Assembly: GCF_964204645.1 (NCBI RefSeq)
Contig: NC_134028.1
Coordinates: forward strand, 22,750,345 to 22,814,344
Source of the DNA: Tubulanus polymorphus
Taxonomy: Eukaryota > Animalia > Nemertea
Direction: 5' to 3'
Length of the DNA stretch: 64,000 nucleotides
How positions within the stretch are numbered: the first letter of the stretch is position 1; each line of letters opens with the position of its first letter. Shown in pieces: positions 1-13,353 of the stretch. The notes under the pieces are model-generated. The model made no database searches. It was not told where the DNA came from and saw only the letters and a program-made list of their open reading frames with translations. Both the position numbers and the translations under genes were made by a program.

Positions 1-1463
1 GCCAATTTTTGTTGAACAATCACATGAAGACTACAATGTTTCGCGATGAACACACCCTCTAGTTGGTGATGAGTTATTCATGTTTAACTCGAGCTGCAAT
101 GAAATGTATATTTCTGATCAGGAGCTAATTAAGCTGCCTGTCTAGATGAATATTTGATAACGGTATAATCTCCGCTTGCCTCTGATTTCTCATGAAGTAC
201 ACCGGATTACGCGAGTTATTGGCCAGTCAGAGCAGGGATGAGTCGTTATCATGATGAATTGCAGCTCTTTATTTATGTTCTACATGATTGGATCAGATGG
301 TTTACAATAAAGACAACAAAACAATTTTAAAAACTATGCATAAAAATAGTAATTAATCCACATTTTGTTACTAAGTGCTCTTGTCTTGGTATACCTAGGG
401 AGCTCCCACCTCCCTGGTACACCTAAGTATCGTCATTTTTCATTCAACAGTTTATGAATAGAATAGAATATGTTTTATTGCTCGACAAAAATACAATTGC
501 TCAAAACAAAATCGACGTATAGAAAATACAATAAATAATGCGGTTCACGTATAAAGAGATTGATTAACCAATATGTGCGAGTCCTATATACCCTGCGTCT
601 TCATCGGAAAATTTATCTCACCGAAAGCTTCGATAGTATTTAATCATTTCAGTATTTGCCTCAAGTCTATATAATAACTTGTTTTGTTTTTCTTGAATTT
701 GACTATTATCTCTATATGCCTCAGTACAATAACGAGTCGGTTGAGTTGAACACAGTAAGTTACAGCGGGCTATATTATGCAAGCATATCATATTACCTCA
801 AAAAACTACGTCACCATTCTATGCCAAAGAACGATTTCGATTTTTGTCGTTTTCCTTTGTTCGAAAACGCGTAAGGTATTAGCGACGCATTTTCCAGCTA
901 TCTAACCATCAAAAGCAGACGAAATTCAACTATTTCCTTGTGGGCGCCGCGAACGCAGTTTTGCCGACGAAAGAATGATCGAAATGCGAATTCATCGGGC
1001 GATGATGTTCCATTGGAAAAAACAATCAGCAAACGCGTCAGGTGTTAACGACAGTTATTTAACATTTTATGATATTCTGATCAGGTATGGTAAATATTTA
1101 CTGGAAATAGACGCCGCGTAATTTCAACTAATCGTGTTGTTTTTCTTAATGAATAATTCAAACAAAAGCGTTGTCGTATTTTTCCACGTTCGCGTCTGAT
1201 CTGGAATGAAATGATTCGAATAAAGCGACGTATTGTGTGTCGATCATATTTCCAGCGTGTGACATGACGTATCTTCAGATTGAAATCTGCCACAGCGCCG
1301 CAATCTATGAATAAGTATTTGTCCACATCTCGCCTGTCCATAGCGGTCAGGCCATTCTTCTCACACAAGAAATATATTGTATAGCCATCATTTATTACAC
1401 TTTATTGCCAACCACCTGCGATTTTGACGGATGAGAAAACGTTGACGGCCTGGGCGAACTTCG

Positions 1464-1680
1464 GTATGGTGGCTTTATTCGGGCCACGCTGAGATTTTCT
1501 AAACATGGAAGGTCTGAAAACAAATTTGATAGCGAGAAAACAAATATTGACGCGAGAAAACAGAAATATTTGTTTTCTCGCGTTAATTTTTGTTTTCTCG
1601 CATTAATATTTGTTTTCTCGCTATGAAATTTGTTTTGAGATTTTTCGGAAATCTCGGTGTGGCCTAAATCAGCCACCAAA
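1464..1680. mobile_element. MITE family A, copy 1 (non-autonomous DNA transposon with internal GCGAGAAAAC repeats)
   Basis: Imperfect terminal inverted repeats (TATGGTGGCTTTATTCGGGCCAC ... GTGGCCTAAATCAGCCACCA) and internal inverted CGAGAAAACA/TGTTTTCTCG repeats; a related copy lies at 42714-43031. Confidence 0.65.
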
Positions 1681-2340
1681 GCGTAGCTAGTCGACTCTTG
1701 TCGTCGGAGCTCATAAACCGAACGCGCTATGGTTCGTCGTAACGCATTACACACTATCGGGCGTCTTGGGAATATATCCGAACTATTGCGGCCGCGCTCA
1801 ATCCCGTGGTATGAAAGTCCCCGGATTATAGTCCCGACTAACTGACATTCGGTTTCACTTCGGTTTCACTTTGTAAACTAATAGTCGACTAGCTCCGATA
1901 ACCGAATTTCGCCTAACTTTATTCCATTCGATAGTTGTTAACTTTGTCGGAGGTGACCTAATATTCGTATATGCGTAAAAAACCGGTGCACATTTTCTTT
2001 CTCAGCGTCCATCTAATAACCAACAGCGTTGACATTCTCCCAATAACAATGTTTATCACCCGGTTTCCGTAAATACTAGTCAAGTACGCCAAATGAATAA
2101 TTATCCGTCATTGTGGTGATGCAATATGCACAACCTCGCCGGTACATCTCAGTGGGATCATTCAATAACGATCAGATTTCACGAAGATTTTTTTTCTCAT
2201 CTTGATATAGGGGTGACCGTCCCTTATTTATTTTGTTTTAGGATTTAGTTTGATTTGATGCTTTGGTGTCATTTACAAACCCACGGTGGGACCAGTAACA
2301 AATGCCGGGAACGAAACTGTGGGTTTGATCTTGAATGTGA

Positions 2341-2430
2341 GGCGCAGTGGACGAGTGGCTTAAGCAGTCGGTCACTAGTCTTGTCAGTCCAGGGTTTATG
2401 GGTTCAAACTCTCTCTCTGGTCTCTCCCCA
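2341..2430 (+). mobile_element. tRNA-derived SINE-like head or tRNA pseudogene
   Basis: A-box-like TGGACGAGTGG and B-box-like GGTTCAAACT at tRNA-like spacing; no intact cloverleaf. Confidence 0.4.
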
Positions 2431-5400
2431 TTGGGAAAAAGAAACATGGAACCCGCTTTTAATGCTCTGCGTGGCGCTTAGCGGGTTGAGGGTTTTAAAA
2501 TAATTGAAAGAAGTTCAGATACAGTTATGGATGTTCGGTCGCGTTAACTGATTTTTTTTTGTTTGAATCGAAGTACATAATCAGATATAATTCATTTCTT
2601 CCATACATTCTTTCATCCTGTCTAAACCAGCAACGCCTAATGGTGGTTCATATTTGCTGGAGCATATCATCAAGGTAGAAAGACTCCTGACCTTGACCGG
2701 CACTAGCACCTGGTGGGTTGACTGATTCAAAAACGCCTCTAGAGTTCCCGAATGACTGATGCTATTTTGGATCTCCCTTTTAGATTACAAAACAACTTGA
2801 TTTGTTTAAAGAAGAATTTAGACTTATATGAATTGTATCTCAGTCTTGTATTTGACAAATCATTCGACAGCAAATCGAGACCTCTCGACGGAAATCTCTT
2901 TTAGAAATCGCTCTAGCTCGTGATTGCTTAATTTAAAGATCTAACCATCCACGCGTCAGCAACCGAAGCCATAAAAACAAGCTCGTTATAAAATAGATAT
3001 GGAATTCAGTATCGATCGCAATAAATGAACTGGGAGTAGCGTGAATTCTGAATGAAATACTCGATACGCAAATTCGATCAGAAATGGTCGTCCGGAAATA
3101 TTACAACACGATCGATAAAATCGATGGCAAATTTCGTTCTCTCGTAAAGAAACGTATAGATTATATCTTTATATCGTTATATTTATATTTCATTATTCCA
3201 CTTGCAATGCGTCAAAAAACGTGGATACCAATTTTAGATAGGCATCGACGAAACAGTGTGATTCCATAAAATCGCAAACCAAAGAAATAGAATCTGAAAT
3301 GATTCGTTGAGATAGTGGTAGTTCATTTAAAGTTTCGACGTTATCCTAATAGTCATCTTTAGTAATGCTGAAACTTTTGAAAACTAATCATTAGCGCAAG
3401 AAAACGTTTTGGATTTTTTTCTTTTCGTTGTAAACGCGATGTTTTACTTCAGATATCGTTAGGATAAAACTTTTACTGTCTAATTCTTGTCTGTGACGTC
3501 GGTTTTTCATATACGGATAAAAACTCGGATCCGTTACAAGCGGTGTGAAAACAACCACCACCACTTCTGAATCGCTTCAGTTTTTCATCGCCAATTTTCC
3601 CATCGCGAATTTCCTTTTCCGCGAATGCTTACTGCGGTGATGAATTACCATTCGAGTAGATTTCATCCTCCCGAAGAATGAAATTTTGTTTCGACGTCGT
3701 CGCTACTTTTGCGTACGAGGGGGAGGCGAGGAACGCTACCGATAAAAATTCGGTGATAGTTATGATGATAATTCTCTCGGTTCTCAAGGTAAGTGGAGCC
3801 TCTCACGGATGATGATTGGTTATGAACCTGCGCGATGCTAATTGATGCAACGAGGATCACGAGCGAGTTGCCGCCGCTACGGGACCGAAAACATCAATTA
3901 CTACACCGCTGAAGTTTAGATTGCTCCGGTATAATTGCGTTGACTCAATTAATTTTCAAGTTCGCGTAAAAGGCAGTCGAAGAATCCGTCGGAAAATTGA
4001 TCGGCTTAAAGTGCGCGCCAGATAGCAACGATGAAGCATAGGGACGTATTTAGCAGGGGAAAGGCGTGGAGTCACCCTGCAGAAATTTTGGAAAAGTGCG
4101 AAAGTGCCAAAGTTGCGAATGTTATTGTTATCTCATAAGAACTGACTTTTTCTCCGGATTATCTGCCCCCTTCAAATTGCTAGGTAAATGCCCTGGATTG
4201 CATGGATCAGTTACTCAAAAGATTTAACTTGATTAACTGGTGGATAATCGGGCACTAAAGCGTCAACTTGCCGACCTTTCAGCAACTGGTCTCAGAATAA
4301 TGGTTCGTACAATTTTCAACCGGAATTTTGTTCATTTTACGTCAACCGGACCCAGATCCATATAGCTGCGATCTACGCTGGCTTCATTCCGGTTGACATT
4401 GACCGATCAGGCGCTAGTGAATCTGTCAGTTTTATTTTGTATCCGCTCGAAGCTTTGCATTCCGCAAATTAGCAGAGACCGGGTGTCTCGCTTATCATCA
4501 TTTGCCGGTAGAGCTTTCACCGTATTTGCTCCACAGGGTGGAACTTTTTCGCTCCCTCTATCTCTCTAACTCTCTCGAAGCTCCGGCGCCGATGTCGTGC
4601 GCGATTAGGACAAAAAACGACGACGAAGACAGTTCGATTTCGTGCCGCCTTTTAGTTGTTCTCGAGGGGCGAATGTTTCCACTTTCAATCAACGGTACAT
4701 GCGCTAAACAAGTGAAAATTATTATCATAACCCAGTTTCAACATGAACCAACTTTACTCCGGCGATCCATTTGAAACATGAAACCAACCCGGGCCCCAGT
4801 TTCACGAAACAGTTTACCTCAGTTGTTTAGTTTATTCTGCGCATTCAAAGAGTCCAACAATTCAATCGTAAAACCTTTTTAAGCATAAAACATTTTCATG
4901 AAAATGGGCTCTAGACTATTAACTTTTACGTATGCGTTTTGGACAAGGTCTTCAACCAACGTCTACAACTTCAGACAATATGAGTGACAAAAACAAAAAC
5001 AATATACAAAGCAGAGAGTGTCGCGTTTACACGTGAATATTTTAGTAATTCTACTTCTACTTATAAAGGTATATATATATATATGTAAGTTGTATAACGT
5101 TCTGGTGTTCCTTGAGCGAGGAGAATTTAACCTGGTTTGGAAAAATTGAACATTTTCTGTCAATGTACTCGGTCCTTTAGACACACGGGCTGGTCTGGTT
5201 AGACTTAACTTTGATTTGTATTAATCGGCGCAATATCGGTTGAGACACGTTTAGGTCACTATATAAAACACTGGTATATAGCCACCACGCGATAAATCCC
5301 ACCACTGATGGGTTGACTGACAAATGCAGCAGTTATCCTGATTGATCGCATCTTCTTTTGTCGAGCGGGTTTTTTACTTTCCTTGACAAACCAATTACGC

Positions 5401-7094
5401 CGGATCTTTCCGTCGACGAAAGCCGTTCGAAAGTATTCGAATCACGACTGGCTTTGCTTGATTGCGCATTTGAACACGATTCAATTCCTCGAAGATGACG
5501 TAATATTTTCAAGAGTAGCCAACCGATAAAAACTAGGTATTTTATAACATATAAATGTATTAGCTTCCAGCCACATTATAGTCATCCCAGCGGATGCATT
5601 CCGCTTGGATGATAATGAAGTTTGATTTTGATGACATCCATAGATATATTGAATTGAATCGCGTTGAATTGAACTGCCACAGAACTCCTCATCAGAATCA
5701 GCCACTAGACGCCTCCTTATAACTGCAAAATCTTGGCAAAACAAGAAACATTCTTTGGATTGACGTGTGCTCAGAGCTTAGGAAAAGACACCAACAGACG
5801 ATCACCAATCAGTGAAAACGAACGGATCGCCGCCATCTTAATATCACGGAATAATGCTCTTCAGGTTGCTAGGTGGCGCTGTTGTTTCACCGGGTGCTCG
5901 ATAGCTGGCGAACAGAATATGGAAACGCATAAGTCAGTACGAAAACAATTTTTGAAATAATCATCTGTCGTCAATAATTTCATGACTGATTGAAACTGTG
6001 TTAGTTCTGCCCATTCGATTGCCGCTGAGTGCTGAAGCATGATTTATCCGTCAAGTCGGAGAATACTGACGTAAGTAGTAAACGATGTTTGACAGTTTTT
6101 GTCGGATGCTTGTATAAAAGTATTAAACATCAATGTTTACTCGGTTGTAAAATGTTTGCTAATCTGACTGTGAATCAATCAAGGCAAAGCAGTGGCCGTT
6201 ACTAACCGAGAGCGCAGCGACTTATCAGCGATCATCGCGTATAGGGTAAATAACACAGTAATAGAAACCCAAGGGCAGTTTCGTTGAACGGTAACATTGG
6301 ATTCAGTAAAAACATAATTTTTCAATCATTTCCACGATCAACATGACCCTCGGGGGAAAACATGATAGCATCAAAATGATTCCTTGGGTTTAGGCAATCG
6401 CGTCCGTGAATCTGGCTGTGGGAAATTGATCCAGGACCTAGTGATCTCTTGTATATATACGGCTTGCTCCAACTCAGCGGTAAATGGGGGTCCTCTTGGC
6501 GACGGTTTTGAAATATAATGACCATTGACAGTAATTTTTATAACGTACATATGTCTATGGAACTTGAACTGTCTCGCTGGATAGTACAGGTATATCACTA
6601 TTCAATATACGATTACAGCTGTCAGATTTCATATATTATGACTATAATTCTATTTAATATCCATTCTTTTTTCTATCACAGCTCAATCTGTGGAATATCG
6701 ATATCGCGTGTTCTACAGATAAAAACGATGCTGCTAGGCGATGACAATATCGCATGATTGCTAAATTGGTTACTGAAACGAAATGAAACGTTCAGTATAG
6801 AAAGTCCCTTCGTTCTGGATTGTATATATGAATCTCATAATTTTGTGGTAAATTTAGTATTCCTGAAGACGACTATTATAGATGTGATACTCATAACGGC
6901 AAAAATAAATCACTAACCAAAGAAATCCTTTTCGGACTCGTTTTTTCTTTGTCTGAGCATGAGAGGTTTGTATACATACATATATGATATAGATTTATCA
7001 TCTGGATATGATTTTAATCTATTTGACAACGGTCTCCGGCGGATGTATCAATACAAAGCTATTATACATATACAACATCAAGCTGTATAACTAC

Positions 7095-7345
7095 TGGTCG
7101 AGTGGACTAGTTCCATTGGTCTGTCGGTTATATAGCGCACTTGTTCAATATGTACACGATACCTGGGTTCGATCCCCGGGGGTTACATACGTACTATTTG
7201 TATTTATCGCCACAAAGCGATCAAAAGGGTAATATTCACCCTCCCTCGGCTGGAACCCAAACCACTTGATTGCATCGATACTCGTCTGCCGTGCCGCTCT
7301 GCCATGGCATGACATCAGGTGGTTCGAGTCCCTATCGTGGGCGGA
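7095..7345 (+). mobile_element. degenerate tRNA-derived SINE-like sequences
   Basis: Two Pol III B-box motifs: GGTTCGATCCC at ~7166 and GGTTCGAGTCCC at ~7321; no complete cloverleaf. Confidence 0.3.
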
Positions 7346-7811
7346 TGTCACGTTACATATGAAATTATCGGGGATTTCAGACACTCATGTATTTCAAAGA
7401 TATTTCTAGCTCCGTAGATAGAAAAATCAACGACTAGCTATCAATGAGAACCCCTGTGCCACCAGCCTCCAGTACAACGACTAATCTGTCAGAAGTCAGT
7501 GTTCATTTTCGATGAACTTTCATCTAGGTTTCGCATCGTAATCTTAATACCCGACACGTGACAAGGAAACATTTCTCGCTACAAAACCTGTCAACTGCCG
7601 CCGACGTGGTTTTTCATCTGGTTCTTTCAATGAATGACTGATTTATTTACTTATAATGTACAAGATTATAGGGATTAGTTCTTTAGATATAATTTCATAC
7701 GTAGGTACATGTATAAGAAGGCAAACCCCAAGCCCTATGGGCTGTGCCTGGTAGGGGTATTGCCCTGTGAAAAAAAGGAATCAATAAATTAATTGATAAC
7801 TACATATGAAG

Positions 7812-8246
<435 letters not shown>

Positions 8247-8779
8247 CTAGCGTGTTAAGCATATCTCCCATAACATCTCAAACCGATCTTTGTATTCGAC
8301 GACTTCAAGTTTAGGTTCATTACGGGACATGACGTGAGTGGCATTGAATCAAAGTAGCAGCAGTAGCTTTCTCGAAATGTAAATTCAATAAAGTTATATA
8401 CATTCTCGAATCCACTTTCGGCATCTTCTTCTTAGACGCTTACGGGTATGTGTATACTTATCTTTTTATGCATTAGATTTACTAACGGCGCCGGCGGTTA
8501 TCACGCTTACGCAGAGCAAGTGAACAGACGACTTACGTTTGATCCTTAATTTCGTAAAAAGATTTAAGAATAGCCTTCAGTGGTCGAAGGCTTCGTAGGA
8601 AATTGAAGCCGGGAGAACGGCGAGACACTGGCGGTAAATATCGGTTAATAGAAATTACATGTTCATTGCGTAGAATCAAACTCGTCAAAAACTAACTATA
8701 AAGTTATATTGGCTAATACTATTAGATACGTATGCCCTTAAAAACCTCAACAGCAGTACTGGCAAATGTATACTGGGGC

Positions 8780-9133
8780 AACGGCGGATCTAGGTCTCTT
8801 CCCACAAGGACTGAAGACGAAAAGGAGCTTTCCTGTTCTAATCAGGGCCCATTTTGGAATGTAATTGCCCTGGGGTGGATTTAGGGGTCAATACCCCTGC
8901 CTATCCATCGAGGTTGCCCTTTTCGCCGAGACGAAAATCGCATAAAACCTACAAATTTGAGGCTCATCTTTTCAGAATCTGCATCTTATGTATGTATGTC
9001 TTATGGATGTATGTCTTCAAAAATATATTAGCATCGAAAATGTGACCCCGCAAGTGCCCTTTGACATGGTTGCCTTAATCGAGAAATGCCTTTTCGTTTC
9101 TTCTGTACCTCAGTCTTCCTAGATCCGCCCCTG
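8780..9133. mobile_element. MITE-like element with GGCGGATCTAGG termini
   Basis: GGCGGATCTAGG near 8784 and its reverse complement CCTAGATCCGCCCCTG ending at ~9133; related half-sites at ~44115 and ~48830. Confidence 0.55.
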
Positions 9134-12100
9134 TTGTTCGGACTTTTTGGAGGTCACAATTTTTCGTGGGAGTGGTCATGAATCCGGCCTTGTGGGGCCG
9201 TTTCAAAGAACAACCAGTTCGATCATACGTTATGTACACGATTTTTGCATTATCTCCATGCTCTACGTGCGGAGAATGAAAAATGGAATCAAATCAGCAA
9301 CCATCATCGCCTGCTATGCAAAACGCCCAGCTTTCAAAACGTGTTTTGATCAAATAATGTTGTCGATTTTATCGCCGAACGCGTGAACATCTGCTTGTCA
9401 ACTATGATTATTAAGAGCTTAACAAGAGAGGATTAGTAAGATTCTCACCCAGCACCCTATAGCTTACCTTGCCACGAGCACCTGTCACTGAGTTTAGACC
9501 ATCATACGTATTATAATATACCGCTATTTGCGAGCGTGGCATTTATTTGAATAAGTACCGATGAGTTCGGAATTTCAGGCTTACTGATTTAATCCACAAA
9601 GTGCAAAATGGATGCAAAATAGCAACTGTTATTATTGTGGAACAACTCATTCCCCTGACTCGCAACTATTGTATACGCAACAAGACTTAGCTTCGAACGA
9701 CGTATGATCCAACGATGATTTTAGATATCGACATTGATCCATAGAAAGACCGGCTGAGCACCATTAGTACTTTCTTTTTTCTCTTACGAAGGAGAAAGCC
9801 CTAAGAAGAATCGCGATCGGTAAGACTAGTAAGTAAAAAAAAAGAAGACATTTCGCTTGAAAGAAACGCAGCACCGGTAACGCGTCTCCGATTACAACCG
9901 GGTCAGAAGTCTTTACCGAGATTAGAGACAGTTTTTACTCTCACGACGATAAAGCCTTAAACAGTATCAAATATGTAAAAGAGACGCGCCAATTGAAACT
10001 GAACTGATCGCGAACGAGTACCTGTTGTTACTCGGGACTTGAGACGGCTTACTGATTTAAAAATAAAGTGCTTCTCCGATATTTCCCCCGGGGCAAAGTA
10101 CGTACGTATCTAATAAGCAGCTCTGGCCAAAAAGCGTCAGTTATCAATTCAGCTAAATAGCAAAAAACGAAAGCGCTTCAGTGCTGAAAAACGAGTAGAG
10201 TCCTCGGGCAGCATTACATAATACAAACGATGGATTGAATTTGTCATTAGCGCGGGAACTATAGAGATAACATTTTTAACACCTTATCTAATGCTGATAT
10301 TGCGAAAACGAACCACATTCGATGTAGTGAAAAATGACATATTCATTGACACGTTTGAGAACAACACCTGTCATATCAGTTTCCCGATTCTTTGTGACAT
10401 TGATATACGCGTGTAGTACCGTATAGAAATATGGATAGTCCATTGTCCTAACCAGCGTTCATATCGTGATTAGAGAAGCTTCCACTTCAAATTCGGGACT
10501 CGACGGCAATTGATTCAAGAATACTCTAGATTCAGCTGTCGTTGTGAAATATGGAAAAATCGATCAGAGATTATGTGGACACCCGATGAGGTTGGTTGGT
10601 GGTTGAGAGCATCTGTGATATGTTTATAACAATATAATGAATTTGTGATAGCCTTTGTGCGGGGCCACGCGCCATGTTTTTGTTTTGTGGGGAAATGTTC
10701 ATTAAGATTTCAATTTCCATGTGTTTATTATCATTTTGAAAGATTCAGTTCCACACAAGATCGTACCCTTTTAAAAAAAATGCCTGAAAACCCAAAATGG
10801 CAGTAGAGGACCTGGCAAGGTATTATCACTGAAATAGTTGAAATAAAATATAATTCCGATTTTACGTCAATTCCCTGTTGGTAATGATCGACTTACTGGT
10901 TAATCAAAAACGTGGGGAAAATCCTCCGAGAAAAGAAAATTACGAGAATGGGTTTTTCGTATCAAAGCGTTAGCGATTTATCGTATCGAAGAAAGAATAT
11001 CACGATAGATTTCGAAGTTGATTTATCGATAGAATCGGTGATCTATGAAAACGTCTAATCATTGATCAGATAATGAAACGTAATGAAAAAAAAAATCAAA
11101 TAGATCCCGAAAAGGCGCCCGATTAAACGTTTGTTTTTTTTTTCGTTCACAAGACGAACTGTTGTGTAATACTGTGGCAGAATGGCGCGTGGGTTCGATT
11201 GCGTGTAGATAGCTTTCGCAATAAATACCCGAACCATAAAGTGCCTAAAGCAGCCGTCTGATCCATCCATACCTGCTGTCTATATCAGTTGACTGATCAC
11301 ATGAGGAATGAATAGTTCCCAGCAAATTACCGGCTAAATCTATCATTTCCGCAAAGCCAACTTTTCGTGAACTCTTTACCTTTTGGCCTGACCATTCATA
11401 CTACGCGTTACCTGTATTGTACAGTGCGATACGATTACGGCAAATGCTATTCTAAAACCGAGAAGTCGAAAAGCTTTGAAGTGGAATTCTTTGTAATAAA
11501 CGTTATTGAACCGAAAAAGTCGCTACAACATGATTTCATTTCGTTTTATTTTTGTTAGCGTATTCTTTATAATACAGAACCTTCCATTGACTGTATAATC
11601 AACCCATGCATAAACATAAACATCGAAATCCTAAATCGTGACTTCGACGCCAGATTGAATTCGATGACCAGATGGTTCGTAGGCGGGATCACAATTCGAT
11701 AGCGTCGAATACGTCCGCGATTATTTGCCACGTATTTTCGATTTTATCGAAGAAATACCTCAACGAATTTTACCGGTAGGTTTTCGGGTAATCCACCACC
11801 TGCAAAAGACAGGTTTCGATTCTGACGTCCAAGAACGAGTTCGAATCGTAAGTAGCGTATGGAAATGATTTGGATCACTGCAAAAATACTAGAATAACGG
11901 ACATATGCGGACGATGTCGTTTGGTCGCGAACAAGTGAATACACTGTTTGAATATTCAATAGACCGATCGAGATACAAGATTTTCCATTTTGAATAAAAT
12001 GTTCATATCGCTAACGAAATTGAGAAAACATTTTCCTTTTAGCAAACACCATTAAAAAGACCTCAGGAGCCTTATTTTCGCTCGAACAAACTAAGCCTAC

Positions 12101-12540
12101 ATCCAATTGATGACCTTCACCTTTAAGGCTTTCTGCCCTGTATCGTGTTACGTACTATAAAATCCATTTTCTTCCTGTTTTAGTGTCCGTAGAACAACTT
12201 CATAAACAGGCTTTTTGTTTGAATATCCACTGAAATGGGTTTTGTTTTCAGAGGTTCGCTCGTAAATAAGTTTACGCGTAATTTACTTTTCAACTAGGCG
12301 ATTAAGCGTTGTAAGCCGAGTGTACAAACAGGTCATAAACCGATTTACCTATTGTGAAAAGTAACCATTTCTTTGATTAACACGAGTTCTGAAATCGCAA
12401 ATAATCGTCGATCTTTTACAAGCTGAAAAGTTTAAACATTGAATATAGGTAAAAATGTCTACGCATCTAACGATAACTTGGATCTGGTCCTACATAGACG
12501 ACACGCGAAAAATTTCTGCTAATGCTAACGTAGTCATATG

Positions 12541-12820
12541 CAGTGAATCCTCGTTACAACAAACTCCAGGGCGCCAGAAAAATCTGTTCGTTATAACCGA
12601 AAGTTCTTTATACAACGGAACCCAGTTACAACGAACTTCAGGGCACCAGAAAAATCTGTTCGTTATAACCGATAGTTCTATATACAGAGGAACCTCGTAA
12701 CGAACTTCAGGGCACCAGATAATCTGTTCATTATAACCATTATTTCGTTATACAGTGGAACCTCATTACAACGAACTTCAGGGGCCAGAAAATCAGTTCG
12801 TTATAACCGATAGTTCGTTA
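12541..12820 (+). repeat. 4 tandem ~72-bp units derived from a Tc1/mariner-pogo-like transposon end
   Basis: Units start at 12541, 12613, 12685 and 12753; consensus (TA)CAGTGGAACCTCGTTACAACGAACTTCAGGGCACCAGAAAAATCTGTTCGTTATAACCG. Confidence 0.85.
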
Positions 12821-12968
12821 AATCTGGTATGAAATTACTCAAATTGTCTTCGGACATAATTCTATATTCGATATATCCGATGAATCCTCGTATCCGAGTT
12901 CGTTTTAACAAGGTTCCGCCGTACAGCGAAGGTGAGAAGATACATTTTGAAGAAAAAGATGTACTTAC

Positions 12969-13353
12969 TGGTTAGTATAGTATCCACTAATGTGATAGGT
13001 AATACGATTATAGCTACCAATAGATCAGCTACGGCTAAATTAACGATAAAGTAATTAGTCACAGTGTGCATCCGAGGATTCTTATAAACAACGGACACAA
13101 CTAATACGTTCCCGATAATGGCTAGAACGAACGCGACCAGATAAGCTACGCTGATTAAAATTACCATGTGAACGAGCAGTTTGAAATCGCCCTCGTCGGC
13201 ACCGGAATTCGACGAGTTGTTTCTCAATTCGGTGCCGTTGAAAGCGCTCAAATTCGACGACATGTTGACGTTATTCCTACTACTGGCGGCGTTCATCCCA
13301 AATCCGGACGTTGGGCCGTATTCCGAAATTATTGAATAGTTTAACGCCGTCAT
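12969..13353 (-). CDS. Rhodopsin-class neuropeptide GPCR (SIFamide/NPFF/orexin receptor-like), first coding exon (N-terminus, TM1-TM2)
   Basis: N-terminus with several N-glycosylation sequons (NYS, NMS, NLS, NGT, NNS); TM1 ...AIIGNVLVV; [29 protein letters not shown]; phase-1 donor CCA|GTAAGT at 12968. Downstream exons not found in the window. Confidence 0.9.

Noticed and set aside
2341-2430. Functional tRNA gene
   Set aside because: A and B boxes are present, but acceptor and anticodon stems cannot be paired convincingly
12541-12820. CRISPR-like ~72-bp periodicity
   Set aside because: The whole unit is repeated, with no variable spacer
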